From Octopus bimaculoides (lineage: Eukaryota): 42,780 nt of DNA. Each line of letters opens with the position of its first letter. Positions within the stretch are counted from its first letter, which is position 1. The notes beneath the pieces were generated by a model that was not told where the DNA came from, searched no databases, and saw only the letters and a program-made list of their open reading frames with translations. Position numbers and translations under genes: made by a program. The stretch is from positions 127,084 to 169,863 of the forward strand of contig NC_069007.1 in NCBI RefSeq assembly GCF_001194135.2, given 5' to 3'. Below, one piece after another: positions 35,767-42,780 of the stretch.

Positions 35767-36284
35767 ATGCCACCAAAGAAAACACATAAGCTCTCCAGAA
35801 ACACCCATCAAGCAAGGAGACTTGCAGAAAACCCGAAGGTGAGAATCTCAAGAGATAAGAGAGATGAGACTTTCTCAAGACCAGCAAACGCATGCTGCAG
35901 CATGTCTGATGGAGTCTCAAGATAGAAGGGAGATGAGACTATCTCAAGATCAATAAAAATCAGTAAAGGCAAGCTGTAGCATGTCTGATGGAGTCCCATG
36001 ACAAAAGGGAGATGAGACTTCCCCAAGACCAGCAAGGGCATGCTGCAGCACTTAAGGTTGAATCATAAAAACAATGTTTATCACGCCAGATTGCACAGAG
36101 GTCCAATAGAACAGTTCTCAGAAACAGACTGCGTACAAATTTGTTCTTCACACCTCCTGGAGCTGCTTTCAGATATGAACCATCCCATTCTTATAGAAAT
36201 CATAATTCTGTCCAAACTGGTGTGCTAAACTCAAATTGCTTCTGTAAAGCTTTAAAATTTATTCCACAAATGTTTTGTCGCTAA
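35767..36284 (+). mobile_element. Decayed Helitron-like Rep/helicase ORF 5' end with 23-aa STPR-like tandem repeats
   Basis: MPPKKTHKLSRNTHQARRLAE, then 69-bp units starting at 35843, 35912, 35991 and 36060 (ESQEIREMRLSQDQQTHAAACLM / ESQDRREMRLSQDQ.. / ESHDKREMRLPQDQQGHAAALKV / ES). These are followed by AAFRYEPSHSYRNHNSVQTGVLNSNCFCKALKF, resembling the Helitron N-terminal AF.Y.P..Y...V.IG.M...C..C.ALKF motif. Contains stops and frameshifts. Confidence 0.75.
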
Positions 36285-36331
36285 TGCTGCACTTTCCTGT
36301 ATCACCTGTTTCAACATAACTGTAATATATG

Positions 36332-36370
<39 letters not shown>

Positions 36371-37357
36371 CACACACGTGTTTGTACACATGACTTAAGT
36401 GTATCTTATTGTTTAATATTACAAACTCTTTCAGATAAGAAACAAAACATTATCTTATCAATATGGTAACAACCTCAACAAGAAACCTAAGATTACACAG
36501 TATTGAAAACACGAGGACATTATCATCTTATTGGCAGTTTTGGGGAAGAAAATAGGGAAAGTTGAAAAAAAATGTATCCCTTCACCACCACCACCACCAC
36601 CAGTTGGTGTTCATTTGCCATGACCATCCTAACTTATCATATTATTCAGACATAATATTATTCATTATGTTGTCAAGGATTTAACATTATACAATATATC
36701 CTTCATGGGTTGGTGGTGTGATTTTAATTAGGTCTGGCTGCTATTTCTAGAAGGTTGAACAACCACTTAGAGGGAATCTCCTTCAATAGCAACAGCAGCA
36801 GTAGTTGTGGTATCTCTGCAATAAAATCTGTTTCAGAAAGCAACCACTTGATCTAAACACGACATTCCTTTCCTGTTTTTAAATGGAGACCTGTCCCCTG
36901 ACCCNNNNNNNNNNCAAACATCCCCAATGCATGTTTTCTGGGTTTTTAGATGAAATGTTAAGACTAGGATCGTTTTCAAAACTGCTTTGCAATTGAAAAA
37001 GAAAAAAACGAAAAAGACTAAAAGCAATCTGTATTTTGTTAATACTCCAGAAGCAAACTGGAACAAAAAAACTCAGGAATTACAGGTGTATTTCGTTTTA
37101 TGTCTGGAGAATGAGTTTGAAGAGTTATGCATATTCGGCTTAGTGTAAGGGGTGGGTAATAATGGAGGGGTGGATATAGGAAATAATTATTTTTAAAGCA
37201 CACAGACACACACATATATATATACATACATATGCACACACACACTCATATATGTACATATAAACATGCACACACACACACGCACAAACATACATATACA
37301 TTCATTTACATGTACACACACATGTATATACATGCACACATATACATATATATGCAT

Positions 37358-37395
<38 letters not shown>

Positions 37396-37960
37396 GTGTA
37401 CATACATAACCACATATACAGACATACATTTGCAGACACAAACTCATAGAGGCATCACTGGTGAATAAATACTATTTTCGTGTATTTAATTACTTGCGAT
37501 TCAAACTTTGTATGGTTAAAAGCAGAAATTATTTTTAATCTTTTAAATGATGTATGTTTTAATGTGAAATTTTTAATTAGCATAATGCAATTACTAACAA
37601 TTTTAATAAAGTCCCTCCAAAATTACATCATTTAATCTAAAAACAGTTTAAAAAGTTGAGAGTATTTTTAAATGTAGCATTCAATATTATATTTCATTTA
37701 AAATGGTGAACTGTTAGAAAACGTTAGCACGCTGGATGAGATGCTTAGCGGTATTACATCTGTCTTCATGTTCTGAGCCCAAGTTCTGCAGAGTGACTAT
37801 TTACTGTACTTGAGAAGACATATGAAGCTAAATAAAATCGCTGTCATCCATTGTCCATGTTCTTTTGCCACGTCATGTACCCAGTTATGTATCTATATGT
37901 ACATGTAGATGAAGGTATGTACATACATGTACATATATATGCATATACTCATATATTGTT

Positions 37961-38000
<40 letters not shown>

Positions 38001-38091
38001 ACAACATCTGTTTCAACACACGATTTCACATCAAAAATCTTACAAAACAAATATATATATATGTATATACGTATATATACTTGTCCTTTGC

Positions 38092-38240
38092 AGGTGCTGG
38101 TGGCATATAAAAAGCACTCGTGCTGGTGCTGCATAAATGCACCGATGCTGGTTGGTTGTAAAAAGCACCTGGAACACTCTGTAATGTGGATGGGGTTAGG
38201 AAGGGCATCCAGCTGCAGAAACCATACCACAACAGAGAAC
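38092..38240 (+). mobile_element. Family E SINE-like repeat, upstream part
   Basis: GGTGCTGGTGGCATATAAAAAGCAC...GGGGTTAGGAAGGGCATCCAGCTGCAGAAAC. Confidence 0.7.
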
Positions 38241-39139
38241 CGGAGTCATGACTGTTTCAATAATCGGTAGAATCTTTCACATTAATCAACATGATAACAC
38301 GATGGGTTACACATGCAGATTATGGAAATCTGCAAGATATTAAACGGAACTTTCACTAATCATTTCATCAGATTAATTTATAAAGGTAATAGCAAATGAG
38401 ATACTGGTTTTCATAACAGAAATTAGTCTATTAAATATAATAAGGAAGGAAGGACATGGAATAGAAAGTAATAAATTATAAACAGCAAGTTATCTTGTTA
38501 TTAGAAATTCAGTAAAGTAGGGAGACTTTATCCAGACAGATTGTCTTATTAGTTCACCACCGTTAAATCTATTGTAAACAATTAGGACCACAAAACAATG
38601 TCAAGCCGAGAATTGAATGCTATATATGGAAAACTGTATAGGATAGATGGAGAGATAAGAAGAGGAGTGAACATTTTCGAAGAGGTGCTAGGTTACTATT
38701 AGCCATTCTTATAACAGGTACTTTTAATAAAGTGATAAAATGTGTCAAGAAAAGATCAGATAAATACAAAACTAAAAACAAAAATGATAAGAATGATCTG
38801 CCAAAATATAGGTAGTGGATAAAATTTATAATTATGGTTAGAGGGGACTGGATTATTTATAATTGAACTAAATATAATAATTAGTTACATGAACAGTTAT
38901 TAAAGTAATGAGATATGAAGAGCATGACATAGATTCACAACTGATGATGTTAAAACTAATAAGAATAAGGGTGCAATCATATAACGAACTAATTCAATTA
39001 AATTTTATATTTTTAATAATAATAATAATTATAATCCATGAGTCTTTAGGTACAATCCAATGTGATTCCAGGTAAGATAATATTCCTAATATTGTAGACT
39101 ACTTCCAGCCCCATCCCTATAACTATATATATATATATA

Positions 39140-39172
39140 TGACGAAGGGAAATAGCCCTGAAACTTGAGTCG
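39140..39172 (+). other. Truncated hammerhead-core-like motif, Penelope-type 3' signature
   Basis: TGACGA-AGGG(AAATAG)CCCT-GAAAC; the first core C and the 5' strand of stem I are replaced by (TA)n. Confidence 0.35.
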
Positions 39173-40310
39173 CCTTTATATATATATATTTATATTTATA
39201 TATTTATATATTTGATCCTTTATATTGAACACTCAATGTTTCATCTACATTCAATACTTTCTTTCATGGTGCCATCCATTTTTATTTTATTTTATTTTAT
39301 ATTGTATATTGTATATCATATTATATATTGTATATTCCATATTCTATACCCCACATTAGTTCTGCAGGAATATAAATAAAACATAAAAAAACAGACAGTG
39401 TTGGAACTCTTTTAAGCAAAATAATATATTNNNNNNNNNNNNNNNNNNNNNNNNNNNNNNNNNNNNNNNNNNNNNNNNNNNNNNNNNNNNNNNNNNNNNN
39501 NNNNNNNNNNNNNNNNNNNNNNNNNNNNNNNNNNNNNNNNNNNNNNNNNNNNNNNNNNNNNNNNNNNNNNNNNNNNNNNNNNNNNNNNNNNNNNNNNNNN
39601 NNNNNNNNNNNNNNNNNNNNNNNNNNNNNNNNNNNNNNNNNNNNNNNNNNNNNNNNNNNNNNNNNNNNNNNNNNNNNNNNNNNNNNNNNNNNNNNNNNNN
39701 NNNNNNNNNNNNNNNNNNNNNNNNNNNNNNNNNNNNNNNNNNNNNNNNNNNNNNNNNNNNNNNNNNNNNNNNNNNNNNNNNNNNNNNNNNNNNNNNNNNN
39801 NNNNNNNNNNNNNNNNNNNNNNNNNNNNNNNNNNNNNNNNNNNNNNNNNNNNNNNNNNNNNNNNNNNNNNNNNNNNNNNNNNNNNNNNNNNNNNNNNNNN
39901 NNNNNNNNNNNNNNNNNNNNNNNNNNNNNNNNNNNNNNNNNNNNNNNNNNNNNNNNNNNNNNNNNNNNNNNNNNNNNNNNNNNNNNNNNNNNNNNNNNNN
40001 NNNNNNNNNNNNNNNNNNNNNNNNNNNNNNNNNNNNNNNNNNNNNNNNNNNNNNNNNNNNNNNNNNNNNNNNNNNNNNNNNNNNNNNNNNNNNNNNNNNN
40101 NNNNNNNNNNNNNNNNNNNNNNNNNNNNNNNNNNNNNNNNNNNNNNNNNNNNNNNNNNNNNNNNNNNNNNNNNNNNNNNNNNNNNNNNNNNNNNNNNNNN
40201 NNNNNNNNNNNNNNNNNNNNNNNNNNNNNNNNNNNNNNNNNNNNNNNNNNNNNNNNNNNNNNNNNNNNNNNNNNNNNNNNNNNNNNNNNNNNNNNNNNNN
40301 NNNNNNNNNN

Positions 40311-40560
40311 GGAGAGGCATTATGCCGGTAATAAACACACGCACTGGTTCAGTCCTTTATTAATTTATATAGTTTTTTGTTAAATTATTTCATTGCACTT
40401 TTGCAATCTCTTCAGATCATATATTCAAAATAAATGGAAGTGGAGAGACAAGTTACTGAAGAAATTGCAAGAGTGCAATGAAATAATTTAACAAAAAACT
40501 ATATAAATTAATAAAGGACTGAACCAGTGCGTGTGTTTATTACCGGCATAATGCCTCTCC
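40311..40560. mobile_element. Young foldback with 105-bp arms (103/105 identical) and a 40-bp spacer; each arm starts with a hammerhead-like core
   Basis: 40311-40415 is the reverse complement of 40456-40560 with two mismatches. The left arm abuts an N gap and may be longer. Confidence 0.9.
40452..40492 (+). ncRNA. Minimal hammerhead-ribozyme-like motif
   Basis: GTTA-CTGAAGA-A-ATTGCA(AGAG)TGCAAT-GAAA-TAATT-TAAC: both core strands, a perfect 6-bp stem II and a 4-bp stem I (GTTA/TAAC); stem III is vestigial. Confidence 0.5.
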
Positions 40561-41019
40561 CAAGGTTTAATTGTATTTCTTTCAACACACGTATCCACAT
40601 CAAGAATCTTGCACACGAAATACACATACGAAACATATATATTTTAATACGCACATAATACATTGACAGTAAAATATCCGTACCATTTGTAGTGTGTAGG
40701 GTGCAAAGGTTTCTCAGAGAAATGCTATTTCACATTGATCTTTGAGTGTCAGCGTGCATTTTCCTATCTGTGCATGTATGTGCATATACGTGCATGTATG
40801 CACTTGACAGAAGAGGAGGCAGTCACCGTTTATGCCCACCCACTTCGTGCAAAAGAAGAGAATAAAAGAAAACGACAAGAAACCTGCTTAGTCGTATTGA
40901 TTGGATGATACCAATTAAATGAAACGAAGAAAAAAGGCATTGATCTGTGAAAAGGTTGCTGGATCAAGTTTAGCTGATCTATCATTACTGCATGTAAAGC
41001 TGTGTCGATAGAAGAATGG

Positions 41020-41435
41020 TAATGGTGGCGGCGGCGGTGGTGGGGGAGGTGAGTGCAGTGATAGTATTGTTGTGGTGGTGGTGGTCATGGTAGTGGTGGC
41101 GGTGGTTTTATAGGCAGGTGAGAGTGGTGAAGACGATGGTGGTGGTTTTAATGTAGTGGTATTATCATGGTGGTGGTCATAGTTGTGGTGGTATTAGAGC
41201 TATAAATATGGCTTCCAGGTGGTGGGGCGGTGAATGTGGTGGTTGTTTTCGATGTGGTGGTAGTAGTAGACTCGATGGTGGTGATGGTTTCAGTGGTGGT
41301 GAAGGTGGCAGTGGATATTGCAGAGGCAGTGGTCGTGGGGATAGCAGTGGAAGTGATGGTGGTGCTGGTGGTATTAATTGTAGCTGTGATGGTGGTGGTG
41401 GAGATTGTGGTGTCAATGTGGTGGTGGTGGTGATG
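41020..41435. repeat. Degenerate (GGT)n/(ACC)n low-complexity tract
   Basis: Continuous GGT/AGT/GAT triplet variants; this explains four overlapping low-complexity ORFs. Confidence 0.85.
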
Positions 41436-41657
41436 CCAGGTTGAAACTAGGAAAGGCACTTAATAAAAGACACACAAGTTTTGAAGATAAATAAAAATAA
41501 ATGGACAAAAAAGCCAACTCGGATTTATGTCACTGTTAGGGTGTCCCAGATAGACTGTGTCATTCCTTGAAACAGCCACACTACCATAATCAAAAGCATC
41601 TCATTTGCACCACAACCACCACCACCACCACTCCACAACAACAGCACCATGATCAGC

Positions 41658-41965
41658 TAACTGGCACTCCATCGGATATTATGAGGATTCCACCAATCTG
41701 ATCAGTGAAACATCCTGCTCGTGCAGTTAACGTGGCTGAGCGCTCCACAGACATGCATACTCTCAATGTAGTTCTCAGGAAGATTCCGCACGACACAGAA
41801 TGTAACAAAGCTGGCTCTTTGGAAAACATGTACAACTAATTTTTGCCATCTGAGTGGACTGCAGCAACGTCCGATACAGTATCTTGCTCATAGCATCATC
41901 GGGAATTGAACTCACAACATTATGACCAATAGCCAAATACCCTAACCACTAAGTTACATACCTTC
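41658..41965 (-). mobile_element. Diverged family D tRNA-SINE, reverse orientation
   Basis: CCTGCTCGTGCAGTTAACGTGGCTGAGCGCTCCACAGAC...GACACAGAATGTAACAAAGCTGGC matches 2660-2790. A tRNA-like head at about 41895-41965 reads ACTTAGTGGTTAGG...GAGTTCAATTCCC on the minus strand. Confidence 0.7.
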
Positions 41966-42404
41966 ACCATGACCACCACCATCAACATCAACATCAAGCT
42001 GTCCCACCAAAAATATGAAACTGAAGGAGATGTAAACTCTCCTCCCAGAAAGAATATTGGAATCTGTTGAAAGTCTCTCCACCCTGTGTTCCAAGAAGGT
42101 TGAGATTTATCAGGAGATACAAAGGAGCTGATATGACAGATATCGTTATGAGATATGATTTATGGTATGCTACATTAATACAAAATGATTCAAGAGTCTG
42201 CAAGAATTACAGAGAAGAAATGAAGACATTAGAGAGGAAAGAAATGGCTCATAATAATCAAGTTTCCACTGAATTGTTTATAGGATTATAATGTAATTGG
42301 TATAAGTGCCATTGTTTTGTGAACCAATTGCTGACTGTGTTTGCCTTAACCATAATCATCATCAAATGTTTTGAGGAGACGGGGCTGAATGGATATAAAG
42401 ATAT

Positions 42405-42570
42405 GTGCAGGTGTGGCTGTGTGGTAAGAAGCCTGCTTCCCAACTACATGGCTACAGGTTCAGTCCCACTGCATGGCACCTTTGTCAAATGTCTTATACT
42501 ACAGCCCCTGTCCAACCAAAGTCTTGTGAGTGGACTTGGTAAAAGTAAACTAAAATAAACCTGTCATATA
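42405..42570 (+). mobile_element. Family A SINE head/CORE fragment
   Basis: GTGGCTGTGTGGTAAGAAGCCTGCTTCCCAAC...GGTTCAGTCCCACTGCATGGCACC...GTGAGTGGACTTGGT. Confidence 0.8.
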
Positions 42571-42589
42571 TATATATATATATATAAAC

Positions 42590-42751
42590 ATCATCATCAT
42601 CATTGTTTAACGTCTGCTTTCCATGCTAGCATGGGTTGGACGATTTGACTGAGGACTGGTGAAACTGGATGGCAACACCAGGCTCCAATCTAAATTTGGC
42701 AGAGTTTCTACAGCTGGATGCCCTTCCTAACGCCAACCACTCAGAGAGTGT
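42590..42751 (-). mobile_element. Family E SINE-like repeat, low-divergence copy, 5'-truncated
   Basis: Near-identical to 7571-7720; capped by AGGGTTAGGGTT(AT)n at 42753. Confidence 0.85.
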
Positions 42752-42780
42752 AAGGGTTAGGGTTATATATATATATATAT

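Noticed and set aside
1480-38270. Numerous 60-140 aa ORFs rich in YI, CV, HT, ER, SL or N repeats
   Set aside because: Direct translations of (TA)n, (TG)n, (CA)n, (GA)n and (AAT)n microsatellites.
39051-39077. Plus-strand AG|GTACAATCCAATGTGATTCCAG|GTAAG 22-nt microexon
   Set aside because: No polypyrimidine tract, not frame-preserving, and it lies in a probable repeat relic.
951-40344. All long ORF-track entries containing X runs (e.g. 6831-7625, 22595-23524, 27959-29293, 39412-40344)
   Set aside because: They are open only because N gaps contain no stop codons; the flanks are microsatellite translations.
41148-41459. Mucin-like Thr-rich ORF and the overlapping Gly-, Val- and Pro-rich ORFs
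   Set aside because: A degenerate (GGT)n tract is open in several frames on both strands; no splice context or signal peptide.
42067-42291. 74-aa plus-strand ORF in unique-looking sequence
   Set aside because: Starts at TTG, has no recognisable motif or splice signals, and its length is within chance expectation.
1-42780. CRISPR array, operon or prokaryotic defence system
   Set aside because: No regularly spaced direct repeats with unique spacers and no gene-dense region; the sequence is clearly eukaryotic repeat-rich DNA.

Overview
AT-rich, microsatellite-saturated eukaryotic draft sequence with 13 N-gaps (about 6 kb, ~14%). The SINE families, (TA)n/(CA)n/(GA)n load and gap pattern look like a cephalopod (Octopus-type) assembly; this is an inference, not a database match. 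There is no complete protein-coding gene, no true tRNA/rRNA gene and no CRISPR or other prokaryotic system. Almost all ORF-track entries are microsatellite translations or read through Ns. The window is best read as a large intron or intergenic block. It holds one good 45-nt minus-strand exon candidate (20978-21022) and many tRNA-derived SINE copies. It also holds decayed relics of a Tc1-type transposase with DD36E spacing, two RTE-clade LINEs, a CR1-type LINE and a Helitron 5' end with 23-aa STPR-like repeats, plus two long foldback elements. The most interesting signal is a recurrent minimal hammerhead-ribozyme-like core (CTGANGA-stem-GAAA) in three unrelated repeat contexts (26984, 39140, 40452). 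Two of these carry an inverted copy of their own 3' part, as Penelope-like elements do, and one is fused to a Pol III tRNA-like head. A second oddity is an identical AGGGTTAGGGTT(AT)n junction capping two differently truncated copies of one SINE family.
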